From contig CAJXKT010000001.1 in the NCBI GenBank assembly GCA_913055705.1, positions 1 to 52,753 of the forward strand: a stretch of DNA of 52,753 bases. The letters run 5' to 3'. Positions within the stretch are counted from its first letter, which is position 1; the number at the start of each line of letters is the position of its first letter. The notes below the pieces were generated by a model. That model did not search any database. It worked only from the letters and a program-made list of their open reading frames with translations, and was not told where the DNA came from. Shown piece after piece: positions 38,014-51,881 of this stretch. Source of the stretch: an uncultured bacterium (GTDB taxonomy: Bacteria; Planctomycetota; Brocadiia; Brocadiales; Scalinduaceae). A program made the position numbers and the translations under genes.

Positions 38014-40080
38014 TTATGCTACGTTACTATAACTTTTTGCCGGTGCCGGCTTATATTCTAAAGGCTCCATGGTATATGTACCCCTGCCTTGAGTAATCGA
38101 TCTCAAAACACTCGAATAGCCAAAGGTCTCAGCCAATGGTATTTTTCCTTTAACTATCCTCAAGTCCCCGTCATTTGTCATCTCGACAATATGAGCCCTG
38201 CGGCCATTCATGTCGCCAAGCACATCGCCAAGGTAATTATCCGGAACCGTAATTTCTATCAACATTATTGGTTCTAACAAAACAGATTTAGCTTTCTCTA
38301 CTGCCCTTCTTAGAGCTACTCCTGCAGCATGGTAAAAAGCAAATTCTGACGAGTCAACTGAATGCATATCACCATCCAGCAGAGTCACTTTTATATTTAT
38401 GAGAGGATAACCACCTGACACACCGCTTTTTGCAGTATCAACAATACCCTTTTCCACGGATTTTATAAACTGCCTGGTAATTGCACCTCCCTTTATCTTA
38501 TCTTCGAACTCTACAGTTTTTTCTTCACCTACATGTGGTTCCAACTTAATTTCTATACGGGCGTATTGACCACGTCCTCCAGTTTGTTTTACAAATTTTT
38601 CATCTATTTCAGCTTCGCGTTGCACAGTTTCTCTATAGGACACTCTGGGTGCACCCACATTTGCATTTACCTTATACTCGCTCAACATCCTGTTCTTCAA
38701 AACTTCAAGATGCAATTCGCCCATTCCTGAAATTATCAACTGACTCGTCTCATCATCTGTATGAACCTTAAATGTCGGATCTTCTTTAGACAACCGGGCC
38801 AGAACAAAAGCCAATTTTTCTTTTTCTGCTTCAGTTTTTGGTTCTATAGCCATGGAAATAACTGTTTCAGGAAACTCTATTTTCTCCAACAAAACAGGAT
38901 GATTTTCAGTACATATCGTGTCACCGGTTCCAGTATCTTTAAATCCTACTATGGCCACAATGTCCCCAGCCGATGCACTTTCCAGCTGCTCTCTTTTATC
39001 AGCATGCATACTATATATTCGACTTGCCAGTTCTTTTTTCCTAGTCCTTGAATTATAAAGCCTTTGCCCAGACTCCATCTTGCCGGAATAGATACGCATA
39101 AATGTAAGATCACCGTGCTTATCAGATGCAATCTTAAAAGCCAAGGCACTAAAATGTTCTTCTTCAGTTGGGTTCATTTCTACAGCAGAATCATCTTTTG
39201 CATTAGTACCTTTTATTGGTGGGATTTCCAGAGGTGACGGCAAGTAATCACATACCGAATCAAGCAACTGCTGAACGCCTTTGTTTTTAAAGGCAGAACC
39301 ACATAATACGGGCATTAAACCGAACTTAATAGTTCCTTCTCGAATAGCACTTACTATTTCTTCCTCACTGAGGGAGCTTTCACTTAAATATTTATCCATG
39401 AACCAATCTACTTTGTCAGCAATCCCCTCTAACATCAACTCTCTATATGTTCCGGCATCATCTAACATAGCATCCGGTATATCACGCTCTTCATACGTAG
39501 ATCCAGACTTGTCATCCTCGTGAGTGAATATTATAGCCTTCATCTTTATTAAATCAATAACACCCTCAAAGTTCTTTTCTTTACCAACCGGCAGTTGGAC
39601 TGGAACAACATTCTTATTTAATTTTTCCTTAATTTCGTTAAACACTTTTACAAAATCAGCACCTATTCTATCCATTTTATTAACGAAACAGATTCGGGGA
39701 ACATTATATTTATTCGCCTGTCTCCACACTGTCTCTGTTTGCGCCTCAACACCACCGACACCACAAAAAACACATATTGCACCGTCTAAGACCCTTAGAG
39801 ATCTTTCAACTTCAATTGTAAAGTCTACGTGTCCCGGGGTGTCAATTACGTTTATTTGATAATCTTTCCAGAAACATGTGGTTGCTGCAGCAGTAATAGT
39901 AATACCTCGCTTCTGTTCCTCCTCCATCCAGTCCATAGTTGCAGTACCCTCGTGAACCTCACCTAATTTGAAACTCTTACCGGTATAGAATAGTATGCGT
40001 TCTGTCGTTGTAGTTTTCCCTGCATCAATGTGTGCAGCTATTCCTATATTCCTTAGATTTGTCAGATTCTTTTTTGCCAT
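38014..40080 (-). CDS. fusA: Elongation factor G
   Basis: [36 protein letters not shown]. Confidence 0.98.
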   Translation of the reverse strand: MAKKNLTNLRNIGIAAHIDAGKTTTTERILFYTGKSFKLGEVHEGTATMDWMEEEQKRGITITAAATTCFWKDYQINVIDTPGHVDFTIEVERSLRVLDGAICVFCGVGGVEAQTETVWRQANKYNVPRICFVNKMDRIGADFVKVFNEIKEKLNKNVVPVQLPVGKEKNFEGVIDLIKMKAIIFTHEDDKSGSTYEERDIPDAMLDDAGTYRELMLEGIADKVDWFMDKYLSESSLSEEEIVSAIREGTIKFGLMPVLCGSAFKNKGVQQLLDSVCDYLPSPLEIPPIKGTNAKDDSAVEMNPTEEEHFSALAFKIASDKHGDLTFMRIYSGKMESGQRLYNSRTRKKELASRIYSMHADKREQLESASAGDIVAIVGFKDTGTGDTICTENHPVLLEKIEFPETVISMAIEPKTEAEKEKLAFVLARLSKEDPTFKVHTDDETSQLIISGMGELHLEVLKNRMLSEYKVNANVGAPRVSYRETVQREAEIDEKFVKQTGGRGQYARIEIKLEPHVGEEKTVEFEDKIKGGAITRQFIKSVEKGIVDTAKSGVSGGYPLINIKVTLLDGDMHSVDSSEFAFYHAAGVALRRAVEKAKSVLLEPIMLIEITVPDNYLGDVLGDMNGRRAHIVEMTNDGDLRIVKGKIPLAETFGYSSVLRSITQGRGTYTMEPLEYKPAPAKSYSNVA

Positions 40081-40098
40081 AATACGCTTACTTTAAAG

Positions 40099-40572
40099 TT
40101 ACCATGCAAAATGAGCAAAGGCTTTATTTGCCTCAGCCATTTTGTGAGTATTTTCCCGTTTTGTGATTGACACACCCTGCTTCTTATATGCATCAGATAG
40201 TTCGTCTGCCAGTTTTAAATGCATCGCTTTACCCTTCTTGCTCCGTGTTGCTTCAAGTATCCACCTAATGCCCAATGATAATTGCCTCTTTCTAGACACC
40301 TCAATCGGAACCTGATATGTCGCCCCACCAACACGTTTTGACTTTACTTCAACCAACGGCTTGACATTATTGATGGCCGCCTCAACTATTTCCAAAGGCT
40401 CTTTATCTGGAAACCTGGTTTGCAATAAATCTGTTGCCTGATAAAAGACTTTCTCGGCAACACTCTTCTTGCCTTCATGCATTAAATTATTAATAAACTT
40501 AGCAACTAAAGTACTTTTAAAACGCACATCTGGCTTTAGATAAACTTCAGTGCTTTTATATTGCAGTGCCAT
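40099..40572 (-). CDS. rpsG: 30S ribosomal protein S7
   Basis: GKKS.A, RVGGATYQVP, MAEANKAFAH. Confidence 0.98.
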   Translation of the reverse strand: MALQYKSTEVYLKPDVRFKSTLVAKFINNLMHEGKKSVAEKVFYQATDLLQTRFPDKEPLEIVEAAINNVKPLVEVKSKRVGGATYQVPIEVSRKRQLSLGIRWILEATRSKKGKAMHLKLADELSDAYKKQGVSITKRENTHKMAEANKAFAHFAW

Positions 40573-40613
40573 TTATTGTCTCCCACACCATCAAATAATA
40601 AATAAACTAAAAA

Positions 40614-40985
40614 TTACTTTGAGCCTTTTGCCCCGTATTTAGACCTGCCGCGCTTTCTGCCATCTACACCTGCTGTATCCAATTTACCTCTTATTATGTG
40701 ATATTTAACCCCGGGAAGGTCACGTACTCTCCCGCCCCTTATCAAAACTATTGAATGCTCCTGCAAGTTGTGCCCTTCACCCGGTATATAAGCCGTAACC
40801 TCTTTTCCGTTTGTCAGCCTTACCCTTGCCACCTTCCTTAAAGCAGAGTTAGGTTTTTTAGGTGTTCGTGTCATAACCTGAAGGCAAACACCCTTCTTTT
40901 GCGGACATCCTTCCAAATCAATACTTTTACTTTTTTTCACTATCTTTTTTCTACCTTTTCTTACTAATTGATTTATCGTTGGCAT
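40614..40985 (-). CDS. rpsL: 30S ribosomal protein S12
   Basis: [30 protein letters not shown]. Confidence 0.99.
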   Translation of the reverse strand: MPTINQLVRKGRKKIVKKSKSIDLEGCPQKKGVCLQVMTRTPKKPNSALRKVARVRLTNGKEVTAYIPGEGHNLQEHSIVLIRGGRVRDLPGVKYHIIRGKLDTAGVDGRKRGRSKYGAKGSK

Positions 40986-41001
40986 ATATTATCCCTCTAG
41001 C

Positions 41002-44000
41002 TTAATTAGATAACGTTGGTAACAACTCTTCCTTCTCTTCAATCTTATCATCAGATGTTTCTACGACCTCTTTCTCCTTAACCAACTTAAGATATGGTTT
41101 GTATCCCGTTCCAGTTGGCACCAAATGCCCGAGAATTACATTTTCTTTCAGTCCTACAAGCATATCCCTATTTCCTTCTAAAGCAGCTTTTGTCAATACC
41201 TTGGTTGTTTCCTGGAAAGATGCCGCTGATATAAAACTATCGGCTTGTACGGAGGCTTTAGTAATTCCCAACAATAACGGTTCGGCACTGGCAGGCTTAC
41301 CACCGCTTTCTTTTGCCTCAATATTTATTTCTTTAAACTTAAACTTGTCAATAATCGCGCCTTGTAGTAATTTAGTATCGTTAGATTCGTCTACCTGCAC
41401 TTTCCGTAACATCTGCGAGATAATTATTTCAACATGCTTATCATCTATTGGTACGTTCTGTGAACGATAAACATTTTGAACTTCCTTTAATGTATACTGC
41501 TGTAATTCTTCTTCACCACAAATCCTCAAGATATCCTGAAGAACGAGAGGGCCTTCTACCAACGCGTCTCCCGCTTTTACACGATCCCCCCTGTGCACCC
41601 TCAAATGCTTACCACGAGGAACAAGATGGTCTACTTCCATTCCGGATTCACCTTTAACAATTATCGTCCTTTTACCTCTCTTCTTTTCACCAAGTTCTAC
41701 TATGCCATCTATTTCACTCATTACGGCAGGATCCTTTGGTCTTCTTGCCTCAAAAATCTCTGATACTCTGGGCAGCCCACCAGTTATATCTTCTGTTCTC
41801 GTAATCTCTCTTGGCGTTTTAGCCAGAAGCGTACCGGCGATAACCTTTGAACCCTCTTCAACCTCTATATGCGCCTTCTCCGGTATTGGATAAAGCCCCT
41901 GGATTTTCCCTTTACTGTCCTCAAGAATTATTTGAGGATGAAGGTCTCCTTTATGCTCTACAATCACCTTTCTTTTAATACGGGTTACAGCATCATATTC
42001 CTTACGCATTGTTTTATTTTCTATTATATCTTCGAAGCGAATTTTACCCCCCATCTCAGCGAGGATTGGGGTCATATGAGGATCCCATTTGATTATTGTT
42101 CGCCTCGCTGCAACCTTTTCATTTTCCTTCACTAAAACTATTGCACCAAGCGGCACGGCGTGTTTTTCGAGTTGCCTGCCCTTATCATCAACAATAAATA
42201 TTTCTCCCTTACTACCCAGGGTAATATTTTCTCCCTCTGGATTCTCTACTACATTTAGATCACTGTAGTTGATCCGGCCTGCCCTTCTAACCTTTATATC
42301 TGATTCTTCAATTGATCGTGTCGCAGTTCCACCGATATGAAATGTTTTCATAGTTAATTGAGTTCCAGGCTCTCCTATTGATTCGGCAGCAATGATTCCC
42401 ACAGCTGTACCTTCTTCTACCAATTTACCTTTAGAAAGATCCATACCGTAACACTTAACACACAAACCTTGCGGCACCTCACATGTTAATGCAGAACGTA
42501 CGCGAATTTTCTCATATCCCAGCGCCTCAATTCTTTTTGCTTTCTCTTCTGTAATCAGTTCGTTTTCCTTAACTATTTTCTCATCCTTAACCAAATCTAC
42601 AATATTGTTCAAAGACACCCTGCCCGTAATAATTCTGTGCAGAGGAACCTCAACACGATCTCCCCTGTAAACGGCACTCTTACTAATCCCATTAACTGTT
42701 CCACAATCATGAGAGGTGACAATTACATTTTGTGCAACATCTGCAAGTTTCCTGGTTAAATAACCGGAGTCTGCCGTCTTTAAAGCCGTATCGGCCAACC
42801 CTTTTCGTGCGCCATGGGTTGAACTAAAATATTCCAATACGCTTAACCCTTCGCGAAAGTTTGCTTTAATTGGTGTCTCTATTATCTTGCCTGACGGTTT
42901 AGCCATTAAGCCTCTCATGCCCGCAAGCTGTCTCAATTGCTGGGTACTGCCCCTGGCACCTGATGCAGACATTAAATATACTGGGTTAAGGTACGACTTT
43001 CCGTCCCTTATATCATTCTTAAGTTCATCAAGCATCTCCTCCGCCACTATTTCACCGGCATATGTCCAAGTATCTATTACCTGATTATACCTTTCACCCT
43101 CCGTAATTATACCCCTATGATATAATTTCTCAGTCTTTTCAACCTCTTTCTGTGTTTTTTCCAATATCTGAGCCTTCTTCTTTGGCATCTTTAAATCCAT
43201 TATTGAAAGAGAAAGGCCAGCCTTTGTACACTCTTTAAAACCTATCTCTTTGACATTGTCTAACAGGTCAATAGTGGCCTCTTTGCCCAGTATTTTATAA
43301 CAATCCTGGATAATATTTTTTATTGATTTATGATCGAGAGGGTAATTATAAAACGGCAGTTCAGGAGGCAAGGTTTCGTTAAATACAACACGGCCTACAG
43401 TGGTAGTACATAACGTATTCTCGTCCTTTTTATCTTCATCATTCTTAACAGATTTATTTGGCTCCAGCCTGAGTTTAATTTGAGTATGAACACCAACCTT
43501 CTTCAATGCATAAGCCATTAACACTTCGTCATAATTACTGAAGCTTCTAAGTTTTTCCTCATTTTGTTCTCCTATCAGAGTCGTCAAAAAGTAACAACCC
43601 AGAACAATGTCCTGTGAAGGAGTAATTATAGGCTCACCAGAAGCAGGAGAAAAAATATTATTAGTCGATAACATCAGTGTTCTTGCTTCAATTTGTGCTT
43701 CAACGGACAGGGGCAAATGAACTGCCATTTGGTCTCCATCAAAGTCAGCATTGAATCCACGACACACCAATGGATGAAGTTTTATTGCATTACCTTCCAC
43801 GAGAATCGGCTCAAATGCTTGAATTCCCATACGATGCAATGTCGGAGCCCTGTTAAGTAAAACCAGATGCTTCCTTACCACATCATCAAGAATATCCCAA
43901 ACCTCTTCATCTTGTCTTACCAACATTTTCTTTGCACTCTTTATTGTATCTGCCAGCCCAATTTCCCTTAAACGTCGAATTATGAATGGCTGAAATAATT

Positions 44001-45111
44001 CAAGTGCAATTTTTTTAGGTATCCCGCATTGGCTTAATTTAAGTTCAGGGCCAACGACTATTACTGATCGTGCTGAATAATCAACTCTCTTACCAAGCAG
44101 ATTCTCCCTGAATCTCCCCTGTTTACCCTTAATCATATCAGTCAGAGATTTCAAAGGACGGCTGTTGCTGCCCAGGATAGGACGCTTACCTCTGCCATTA
44201 TCAAAAAGTGCATCCACCGCCTGCTGCAACATTCTTTTCTCATTTCGAATTATTACTTCCGGTGCATTGAGGTCTATCAGTTTTTTAAGACGATTATTTC
44301 GATTAATTATACGCCTGTAAAGGTCGTTAAGGTCTGAACTGGCAAAGTCTCCACTTTCCAATAATACCAAAGGCCTCAAATCTGGAGGAATAACCGGAAT
44401 AACATCCATAACCATCCACTCAGGCTTGTTTCCAGAATCTTTAAAAGATTCAACAATTGCTAATCTTTTTATTATATCCTTGGTTCGCTGTTTGGATTTT
44501 GTTTCCGTAAGTTCTATCCTAAGCGCCTTTGATATTTTCTCTAAATCCAGGCCTTCAAGTATTGTCCGTATAGCTTCTGCTCCCATACCGGCATTGAAAC
44601 TACCTTCTCCATATTTTTCCTGGGCCTCTGCATACTCATCATCCTTCAACAATTGATATTCCTTAAGTGGTGTACTTCCGGGATCTATCACAGCGTAACC
44701 CTGAAAATATATAATCCTTTCCAAAACGTTAGTTTTCATACCTAAAAGGGTTCCTATTCTCGAAGGCATTGCCTTAAAAAACCATATATGAACAATAGGC
44801 GCCGCCAGACCAATATGCCCCATCCTTTTTCTTCTTACGCGAGAATGAGTTACCTTGACCCCACATCTATCACAGACAATCCCTTTATGCTTAATACCCT
44901 TATATTTTCCGCAAAAGCATTCCCAATTACGCTCAGGACCAAAAATTCGCTCACAAAATAGTCCATCTTTCTCTGCACGATATGTACGATAATTTATTGT
45001 TTCTGGTTTTTTTACTTCACCATATGACTTGCTCCTGATATTCTCTGTTGACGATAGTGATATCCTCACGGAGCTATATTCATTTATCTTTTCATATGTG
45101 CTAATTGTCAT
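41002..45111 (-). CDS. rpoC: RNA polymerase beta' subunit
   Basis: [32 protein letters not shown]. Confidence 0.99.
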   Translation of the reverse strand: MTISTYEKINEYSSVRISLSSTENIRSKSYGEVKKPETINYRTYRAEKDGLFCERIFGPERNWECFCGKYKGIKHKGIVCDRCGVKVTHSRVRRKRMGHIGLAAPIVHIWFFKAMPSRIGTLLGMKTNVLERIIYFQGYAVIDPGSTPLKEYQLLKDDEYAEAQEKYGEGSFNAGMGAEAIRTILEGLDLEKISKALRIELTETKSKQRTKDIIKRLAIVESFKDSGNKPEWMVMDVIPVIPPDLRPLVLLESGDFASSDLNDLYRRIINRNNRLKKLIDLNAPEVIIRNEKRMLQQAVDALFDNGRGKRPILGSNSRPLKSLTDMIKGKQGRFRENLLGKRVDYSARSVIVVGPELKLSQCGIPKKIALELFQPFIIRRLREIGLADTIKSAKKMLVRQDEEVWDILDDVVRKHLVLLNRAPTLHRMGIQAFEPILVEGNAIKLHPLVCRGFNADFDGDQMAVHLPLSVEAQIEARTLMLSTNNIFSPASGEPIITPSQDIVLGCYFLTTLIGEQNEEKLRSFSNYDEVLMAYALKKVGVHTQIKLRLEPNKSVKNDEDKKDENTLCTTTVGRVVFNETLPPELPFYNYPLDHKSIKNIIQDCYKILGKEATIDLLDNVKEIGFKECTKAGLSLSIMDLKMPKKKAQILEKTQKEVEKTEKLYHRGIITEGERYNQVIDTWTYAGEIVAEEMLDELKNDIRDGKSYLNPVYLMSASGARGSTQQLRQLAGMRGLMAKPSGKIIETPIKANFREGLSVLEYFSSTHGARKGLADTALKTADSGYLTRKLADVAQNVIVTSHDCGTVNGISKSAVYRGDRVEVPLHRIITGRVSLNNIVDLVKDEKIVKENELITEEKAKRIEALGYEKIRVRSALTCEVPQGLCVKCYGMDLSKGKLVEEGTAVGIIAAESIGEPGTQLTMKTFHIGGTATRSIEESDIKVRRAGRINYSDLNVVENPEGENITLGSKGEIFIVDDKGRQLEKHAVPLGAIVLVKENEKVAARRTIIKWDPHMTPILAEMGGKIRFEDIIENKTMRKEYDAVTRIKRKVIVEHKGDLHPQIILEDSKGKIQGLYPIPEKAHIEVEEGSKVIAGTLLAKTPREITRTEDITGGLPRVSEIFEARRPKDPAVMSEIDGIVELGEKKRGKRTIIVKGESGMEVDHLVPRGKHLRVHRGDRVKAGDALVEGPLVLQDILRICGEEELQQYTLKEVQNVYRSQNVPIDDKHVEIIISQMLRKVQVDESNDTKLLQGAIIDKFKFKEINIEAKESGGKPASAEPLLLGITKASVQADSFISAASFQETTKVLTKAALEGNRDMLVGLKENVILGHLVPTGTGYKPYLKLVKEKEVVETSDDKIEEKEELLPTLSN

Positions 45112-45209
45112 TAGTTAATCTCCATTTATCGTTAAAAAAGAGATAAATCTTAATTGCTTCAATCATGCGCTTTAAAATAATAAAGCACATAACAATCTAA
45201 CTTGTTTAT

Positions 45210-48200
45210 TTAAAGTCTTTCTTCTTTCTCAAGTGTCAAGGCAAGGCCGAGTCCCTCAACCTCTTTGGTAAGTACTTCGAATGATGCAGGAGTTCCTGCT
45301 TCCAGCGTATTCTTACCTTTAACCATTGACTCGTAAATTCTGGTACGACCCTCTACATCATCACTTTTCACGGTAAGAAGTTCTTGCAGATTATAAGCAG
45401 CCCCATAAGCTTCTAATGCCCATACTTCCATTTCTCCAAATCTTTGCCCACCGAACCTTGCCTTTCCTCCAAGAGGCTGTTGTGTTATCAAGGAATACGG
45501 CCCCGTAGCTCTGGCGTGTACCTTCTCGTCAACTAAGTGATGCAGCTTCAACATATACATATACCCAACTGCGACCTTTTGATTAAAGGCGTCGCCGGTA
45601 CAACCATCATATAATGTAGCCTTGCCGTCCTCCGGAAGTCCTGCCTCTTTCAAAGTATCCCTTACTTCATATTCCTTTGCCCCATCAAAAATTGGTGTAA
45701 CAGCCTGGAAATTCAATTTTTTTGCAGCCCAACCCAGGTGTGTTTCCAGGATTTGGCCCAGATTCATCCTGGAAGGAACTCCAAGGGGATTCAGAATCAT
45801 CTCAATTGGCGTTCCATCCTCCAAACATGGCATATCTTCCACGGGCAGAATCCTGGCTATGACCCCTTTGTTACCATGCCTTCCTGCCATTTTATCTCCA
45901 ACAGACAGCCTCCTTTTCGTTGCAATAGAAACCTTTGCCACTTCCAATACACCACTTGGCAATTCATCACCTCTTTTTAACTGACTTATTTTTGTATTTT
46001 TATCTTCCTTCAAAGACTCAATGCTTTCGTTATGCTCATCACAAATTCTCGACGCTCTCTCACTTTTCCTCTTATTACTACCAGAATCAAAGTTTCTAAT
46101 ATCAAACTGCTCTTGCAATTCAAGAATACGTTCGATATCTGTCCCGTATGATACTTTCAAAGGCTTGTCCGTCTCCAAATTTACAAGTGTACCATCAAAA
46201 ACCTGTTCCAGGTCTTTTATCATTTTCACAAATTCTTTTGATATTGCTTTATCAAATTTAACTTCTATGCTTTTTATTTCATTCGTAACTTTTTGTCTTT
46301 TTTCGTCTGACAGATGGGCTCTTCGAGAGAAAAGCTGTGTATTTATAACAATCCCTTCTACACCAGATGGCACCTCCAAAGAAACATTCTTGACGTCCTC
46401 TCCAGCTCTGCCGAATATTGCATGCAAAAGTTTCTCTTCCGGAGACAGTTCACTTCTACTCTTTGGAGCAATTTTTCCCACAAGAATATCTGAAGGTTTA
46501 ACCTTCGTTCCAACATGAATTATGCCGTTTTCATCTAAATTACTGAGAGCCTTCTCGGAAACATTTGGTATATCCCTGGTGAATTCCTCCTTCCCAAGTG
46601 TTGTCTCCCTGATCTCCACCTCAAACTCATCTCTATGAATTGACGTATAACTGTCGTTCTTGAGCAAACTTTCACTAACCACCATAGCATCCTCAAAATT
46701 GTAACCATCCCATGTCATAAAGGCCACCAACACATTTCTGCCCAAACTCAATTCACCATTACAAGTAGCAGCACCGTCAGCAATAATTTCATTCCTTTTT
46801 ACCTTTTGCCCCTCTATCACTATAGGTTTCTGGTTTAAACAGGTTCCTTCGTTTAAGCCAACATATTTCCTTAGATTGTATATATCACTTTCATTAATTA
46901 TTATTTGTTCACCGTCAACTTTAGAAACAGTACCAGCATTTTCAGCACGAACAACCATACTGGAATTCTGTGCAACCATTTTTTCCATACCTGTAGCAAC
47001 AAGTGGCGGCTCTGTTATTAATAACGGCACGGCTTGTCTCTGCATGTTTGATCCCATTAATGCTCTGTTCGCATCACTATGTTCAAGGAATGGGATCAGG
47101 CTTGTAGATACTCCTACCAACTGCTTCGGTGATACATCTATGTAATCAACATCCTTCACATTTACAAGCTTGAAGTCCCCACTAAAACGTGCAAGGACTT
47201 CACTGTTTAATCCTTTAGCTCCAAAACACGACTGCGTATCTGCCGGCGCAAGAGTTTTGCCTTCTTCTTCATCGGCACGAAGATAGACAATCTCATTTGT
47301 TAGTTTGCCGTTTTTGACCTTTAAGTATGGAGAAATTAAGAAACCATAATCATCAGTTGATGCATATATACTTAATGATGCAATCAATCCAATATTTGTA
47401 CCCTCCGGAGTCTCAATAGGACATATTCGTCCATAGTGCGAGATGTGAACATCTCTAACCTCAAATCCGGCCCTCTTTCTATTAAGTCCACCTGGTCCCA
47501 AGGCACTTAATCTCCGTTCATGTGTAAGCTGTGCTAATGGATTGGTCTGATCTAATACTTGAGATAGCTCACCACGGCTAAAGAAATATTCTATAGCTGA
47601 AAATATTGTTCTGGAGTTTATGAGAATCCTTGGCGTCAACAGCTCAAAATCCTTAGTATTCATCCTTTCCTGGACTGTTCTTCTCAGCTTAAGAAATCCT
47701 CTACGTAACTCTTCACCAAATAACTCATCAAGAGTTCGGAGGCGCCTATTGCCAAGATGATCTATATCGTCGATACTTCCTTCATCATTTCTAAGTGTTA
47801 CGATATACTTGATAGAATTTATATAATCTTCAGGTTGTAAAGTCATTTCATTATTAGATACTTCCTGCCCTAATTTTCTATTTAATCTAAATCGCCCTAC
47901 AAGACCCAACTTATATCTTTTTGCATCAAAGAACTTATCATGAAACAATTGCTTTGCCTTATCCAATTGCTGAGGATTTCCAGGCCTGAATCTCGTATAA
48001 ACCTTCAACAACGCATCTTCATGAGATTCTGCATTATCAGTTTCCAGGGTATTAAGTATCAAAGGATCATCCATACTCTTGATAACTTCAATCTTTTTGA
48101 GATTTGAATTCGATATAACACCAACCATATCCTCAGTTATTTGCCTTCCAGCTTCCAATATAATCTCGCCAGTTTGAGGGTTAATCAATCGACCAACTAA

Positions 48201-48896
48201 ATACCTATCTTTAAGTTTTTTTATTGAAGCAGAATCTTTAATACTGACTGTTTCCGTTTCGTAAAAAAGCCTGATAATATCTTCGTCTTTTGAATATTTT
48301 TCTGACATTGCTCTCAGGAAACATGTTGCAGGAAATTTACCACTTTGATCAACCCTGGTAGTCAAAACATCTTTTTTCCCAACTTCTACCTCAATCCAAC
48401 TGCCACGCTCCGGAATAACTCTGCAGGAGTGCATTCTCTTCTCTGCATGCAGTTCCTCAACAAAATCCACACCTGGCGACCTATGGAGTTGAGTTACGAC
48501 GACCCTTTCTGTTCCATTGATTATGAACTCACCGCCGCCAATCATAACAGGAATTTCTCCCAGATACACCGCCTCTTCAACAGGCTCTTCCTTATTTAAT
48601 CTTAACCAGACCCTCAGAGGTTTGCCATAAATCAACTTCAATTTCCTGCATTCATCTGGACCGTAACGTGGTTTCCCTATCTCATACTTTATGTATTCTA
48701 GATTAATCGTTTCATCGTAGTTATTTATTGGAAAAGTCTCCCGCAAAATGGCTTCTAAACCTCGATTCTTTCGCTTATCCGGAAGCACATCTTCCTGCAA
48801 AAAAGCTGCATATGACTTAGTCTGAGTCCTGATCAGATCAGGCATCTCAATCACGTCGGTAATTTTACCGTAATTTCTTATGTTCATCTTTATCAT
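45210..48896 (-). CDS. rpoB: RNA polymerase beta subunit
   Basis: [39 protein letters not shown]. Confidence 0.99.
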   Translation of the reverse strand: MIKMNIRNYGKITDVIEMPDLIRTQTKSYAAFLQEDVLPDKRKNRGLEAILRETFPINNYDETINLEYIKYEIGKPRYGPDECRKLKLIYGKPLRVWLRLNKEEPVEEAVYLGEIPVMIGGGEFIINGTERVVVTQLHRSPGVDFVEELHAEKRMHSCRVIPERGSWIEVEVGKKDVLTTRVDQSGKFPATCFLRAMSEKYSKDEDIIRLFYETETVSIKDSASIKKLKDRYLVGRLINPQTGEIILEAGRQITEDMVGVISNSNLKKIEVIKSMDDPLILNTLETDNAESHEDALLKVYTRFRPGNPQQLDKAKQLFHDKFFDAKRYKLGLVGRFRLNRKLGQEVSNNEMTLQPEDYINSIKYIVTLRNDEGSIDDIDHLGNRRLRTLDELFGEELRRGFLKLRRTVQERMNTKDFELLTPRILINSRTIFSAIEYFFSRGELSQVLDQTNPLAQLTHERRLSALGPGGLNRKRAGFEVRDVHISHYGRICPIETPEGTNIGLIASLSIYASTDDYGFLISPYLKVKNGKLTNEIVYLRADEEEGKTLAPADTQSCFGAKGLNSEVLARFSGDFKLVNVKDVDYIDVSPKQLVGVSTSLIPFLEHSDANRALMGSNMQRQAVPLLITEPPLVATGMEKMVAQNSSMVVRAENAGTVSKVDGEQIIINESDIYNLRKYVGLNEGTCLNQKPIVIEGQKVKRNEIIADGAATCNGELSLGRNVLVAFMTWDGYNFEDAMVVSESLLKNDSYTSIHRDEFEVEIRETTLGKEEFTRDIPNVSEKALSNLDENGIIHVGTKVKPSDILVGKIAPKSRSELSPEEKLLHAIFGRAGEDVKNVSLEVPSGVEGIVINTQLFSRRAHLSDEKRQKVTNEIKSIEVKFDKAISKEFVKMIKDLEQVFDGTLVNLETDKPLKVSYGTDIERILELQEQFDIRNFDSGSNKRKSERASRICDEHNESIESLKEDKNTKISQLKRGDELPSGVLEVAKVSIATKRRLSVGDKMAGRHGNKGVIARILPVEDMPCLEDGTPIEMILNPLGVPSRMNLGQILETHLGWAAKKLNFQAVTPIFDGAKEYEVRDTLKEAGLPEDGKATLYDGCTGDAFNQKVAVGYMYMLKLHHLVDEKVHARATGPYSLITQQPLGGKARFGGQRFGEMEVWALEAYGAAYNLQELLTVKSDDVEGRTRIYESMVKGKNTLEAGTPASFEVLTKEVEGLGLALTLEKEERL

Positions 48897-48949
48897 TTTT
48901 ATACTTTCTTTTGTAGCATTCCAACAAAAGGTTTTTTTAATTTACTACC

Positions 48950-49369
48950 TTACGCAAGTTCAACCACTGCACCTGCATCTTCTAACGCTTTTTTAACCTT
49001 CTCCGCTTCTTCCTTTGCAACACCTTCTTTTATGGGTTTTGGCGCACTATCTACCAATGCTTTTGCCTCTTTTAACCCAAGTGAAGTTTCTGCACGAACA
49101 GCTTTAATAACCTGAATCTTGTTCGCACCAATTTCCTTCAGAACAACATCAAACGTTGATTTCTCTTCCTTAGCTGCCTCTTCTCCGCCAGCCGGTGCCA
49201 TACCACCCATCGGAACCGCCATTGCCGCCGAAGCAGAAACACCAAATTTTTCCTCAAATGCCGTTACCAACTGAGAAGCCTCAAGCAAACTCATTCCTTC
49301 AACCAGCTCAAGTACCTGAGTAATCTTTTCAGTAGGCTCAGTTTCCTTTACTTTTGTATCTGCTGCCAT
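48950..49369 (-). CDS. rplL: 50S ribosomal protein L7/L12
   Basis: [29 protein letters not shown]. Confidence 0.98.
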   Translation of the reverse strand: MAADTKVKETEPTEKITQVLELVEGMSLLEASQLVTAFEEKFGVSASAAMAVPMGGMAPAGGEEAAKEEKSTFDVVLKEIGANKIQVIKAVRAETSLGLKEAKALVDSAPKPIKEGVAKEEAEKVKKALEDAGAVVELA

Positions 49370-49411
49370 AATTTCCTCCTTTTACCTTTTAAACATTCTT
49401 TATATTAAACA

Positions 49412-49927
49412 TCACTCTTTTTTCTCTTTTATCGCATGCAAAACTCGACACAGGCTGCTTGCCGTGGCATTAAATACATTTGCCAACTGGACCATAGGTG
49501 CCTGTATCGCAAATACTATTTGTGTTAAAACCACCTCTCTGGATGGAATTGATGCCAGAGTTCTGATATTGTCAAATGACATTAACTCTCCATCCACCCA
49601 TCCGCCTATAATTTTAAAGTCCGATATCTCTTTAGAACATTTCTTCAGCATTTTGGCCAGCTCTACAGGATCGTCGTCACTTGACGCAACAACTGTTTGG
49701 GCATCAAGCATTTGCCCAAGCTCCGAAATCCCTACTTCCTTAAATGCTATAGAGGCAAGAGAATTCTTCACAACCTTTACATTGATATTTCTCTCACTCA
49801 GATCGCTCCTCAACACATTTGACTGGTGAGCGTTTATTCCCTTAAAATTCGCAAGAACAAGGTTTTTCTTGTCCTTATAGTCAGTTACAAGCTCATCAAC
49901 AATTAATTTTTTTAACGCTCTAGACAT
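49412..49927 (-). CDS. rplJ: 50S ribosomal protein L10
   Basis: KVVKNSL, LASIPSRE; between rplA and rplL. Confidence 0.95.
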   Translation of the reverse strand: MSRALKKLIVDELVTDYKDKKNLVLANFKGINAHQSNVLRSDLSERNINVKVVKNSLASIAFKEVGISELGQMLDAQTVVASSDDDPVELAKMLKKCSKEISDFKIIGGWVDGELMSFDNIRTLASIPSREVVLTQIVFAIQAPMVQLANVFNATASSLCRVLHAIKEKKE

Positions 49928-49952
49928 TTTTAAAATTCATCAAAAAAATTGA

Positions 49953-50639
49953 CTATGAAGCCAGTGCAACTCTTACACCAGGACTCATAGAAGATGAAAT
50001 TGATATTTTCTGTACAAAAATTCCTTTTGCAGCAGGTGGCTTATTGCTAACAATGTGCTTTATAAATGAACTAAGATTTGCGATCAGGTCTTCTTCAGAA
50101 AAAGATGTTTTCCCCACGGGCACATGAACATTACCACCAGCATCTGTTCTATATTCTATCTTACCTTCCTTAAATTCTTTAACTGCAGTTTCAACATCAT
50201 TCGTTACCGTTCCTGACTTCGGGGATGGCATCTTACCCTGCGGGCCCAGAACTCTGCCCAGTTTACCCACTTTGCCCATCATGTCTGGTGTTGAAATTGC
50301 CACATCAAAATCTAACCACCCACCCTCGACTTTCTTCAGCAAATCATCACCGCCCGCTTCGACGGCACCTGCCTTCTGTGCCAGCTCTATTTTGTCTCCA
50401 CTGGCAAAGACTACAACCCTGACTTCTTTTCCAATCCCTTTAGGCAGCGAGAATGACCCACGGACTATCTGATCCGAATGCTTAGGGTCAACGCCTAATT
50501 TCATGACAATGTCAACAGTTTCGTCAAACTTAGTCTTGTTAAAGTTTTTTAGGACTGAAACCGCTTCTTTCAGTTCATATTCCTTCGATTTCTCGACCGT
50601 TTTATTTGATTCGACGTAACGCTTACTTCTACACTTCAC
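49953..50639 (-). CDS. rplA: 50S ribosomal protein L1
   Basis: KFDETV, LGVDP, LGRVLGPQGKMPSPKSGTV, SSMSPG. Confidence 0.98.
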   Translation of the reverse strand: MKCRSKRYVESNKTVEKSKEYELKEAVSVLKNFNKTKFDETVDIVMKLGVDPKHSDQIVRGSFSLPKGIGKEVRVVVFASGDKIELAQKAGAVEAGGDDLLKKVEGGWLDFDVAISTPDMMGKVGKLGRVLGPQGKMPSPKSGTVTNDVETAVKEFKEGKIEYRTDAGGNVHVPVGKTSFSEEDLIANLSSFIKHIVSNKPPAAKGIFVQKISISSSMSPGVRVALAS

Positions 50640-50669
50640 TATTAATTTCCTTTAATATACTTAAGATTT

Positions 50670-51095
50670 CTAGCCCTCTACCTTTAAACCCATAGACCGA
50701 GCAGTACCTTCGATAATCCTCCCGGCCATTTCAAGGTTTTTTGCGTTAAGGTCGGGCAGTTTTACTTTTGCGATCTCTTCAACCTGCGACTTTGTTACAT
50801 TGCCTATCTTGTCCCTGTTCGGTTCCGAAGAGCCCTTCGCTATCCCCGCAGCTTTTTTGAGCAATACGGCAGCTGGAGGTGATTTGAGAATAAAAGTAAA
50901 TGACTTATCCTTGAAAACTGAGATTTCTACAGGTGTTATCGTTCCCTGCAAATCTTTAGTCTTCTCATTGAATTGAGTAACAAATTGGCCAATATTCACC
51001 CCATGCTGTCCTAAAGCAGGACCGACAGGAGGCGCTGGAGTAGCTTGCCCTCCGGGGATTTGTAATTTTATTTTAATATCAACTTCTTTTGCCAT
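50670..51095 (-). CDS. rplK: 50S ribosomal protein L11
   Basis: [19 protein letters not shown]. Confidence 0.98.
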   Translation of the reverse strand: MAKEVDIKIKLQIPGGQATPAPPVGPALGQHGVNIGQFVTQFNEKTKDLQGTITPVEISVFKDKSFTFILKSPPAAVLLKKAAGIAKGSSEPNRDKIGNVTKSQVEEIAKVKLPDLNAKNLEMAGRIIEGTARSMGLKVEG

Positions 51096-51122
51096 TAAAT
51101 TCTCTACACTAAATGATATATT

Positions 51123-51671
51123 CTATATTGCCTCTACTTGCCAATATTCCAATTCTACAGGCGTAGGCCTGCCAAAAATCGTAAGCATTAACTTTAAACA
51201 ACCGCTAGCGGGCAAGACTTCTTCCACTTCTCCGTCAAAATTCTCGAAGGGGCCTTCCTTGACCCTTACCCTGTCTCCCTTACTAAACTCTATCGTTGCT
51301 TTCGGCTTTTCTTCCCCTCGTTCTACTCTTTCTAATAACTTCTCAACTTCACTACTTTGCATTGGTATCGGCTTACTATCTCCACCAATAATATCACCTG
51401 CTCCAGGAGCCTCACGAATCATATACCACACTTCTTCCGGAATTTCACCTTTCTCATCAACCTCTATTTCCGCCATTATATAACCCGGATATATCTTCCT
51501 TTCGGCTACTCTTTTCTTTCCACCTTTGATTTCAGATACCTTTTCACTAAGCACTAAAATCTTTGGGATAAGATCTTCAATTCCTTGGATTTTAATACGT
51601 TTCTCCAAATCACTTTTAACCTTATCCTCTTTGTTACTTTGCACACGAAGCACAAACCACTTTTTCCCCAT
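51123..51671 (-). CDS. nusG: Transcription termination/antitermination factor NusG
   Basis: WFVLRV, YPGYI, KOW VKEGPF, IFGRPTPVEL; ATG 51671. Confidence 0.97.
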   Translation of the reverse strand: MGKKWFVLRVQSNKEDKVKSDLEKRIKIQGIEDLIPKILVLSEKVSEIKGGKKRVAERKIYPGYIMAEIEVDEKGEIPEEVWYMIREAPGAGDIIGGDSKPIPMQSSEVEKLLERVERGEEKPKATIEFSKGDRVRVKEGPFENFDGEVEEVLPASGCLKLMLTIFGRPTPVELEYWQVEAI

Positions 51672-51881
51672 AACACAAAACAATAATTCTTGTCAAAATC
51701 TAGAAACGCTATACATTCACACTAAATTACTCTTTCCATGAAACTCTTTGAAACTTACCTAGCAGGAAGATGGTGGGTCTCACTCAGCCATTTCTGAATT
51801 AGCGGTGTTCGAATAGACGTGATCACAAGCCTTCAAGATGCTCAACGCTATTGCCCCTCAACCCCAGACATAAAAAACTTA

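Noticed and set aside
47490-47570. Possible rifampicin-resistance substitutions in RpoB cluster I
   Set aside because: Positions equivalent to Q513, D516, H526 and S531 are wild type; the other differences look lineage-typical.
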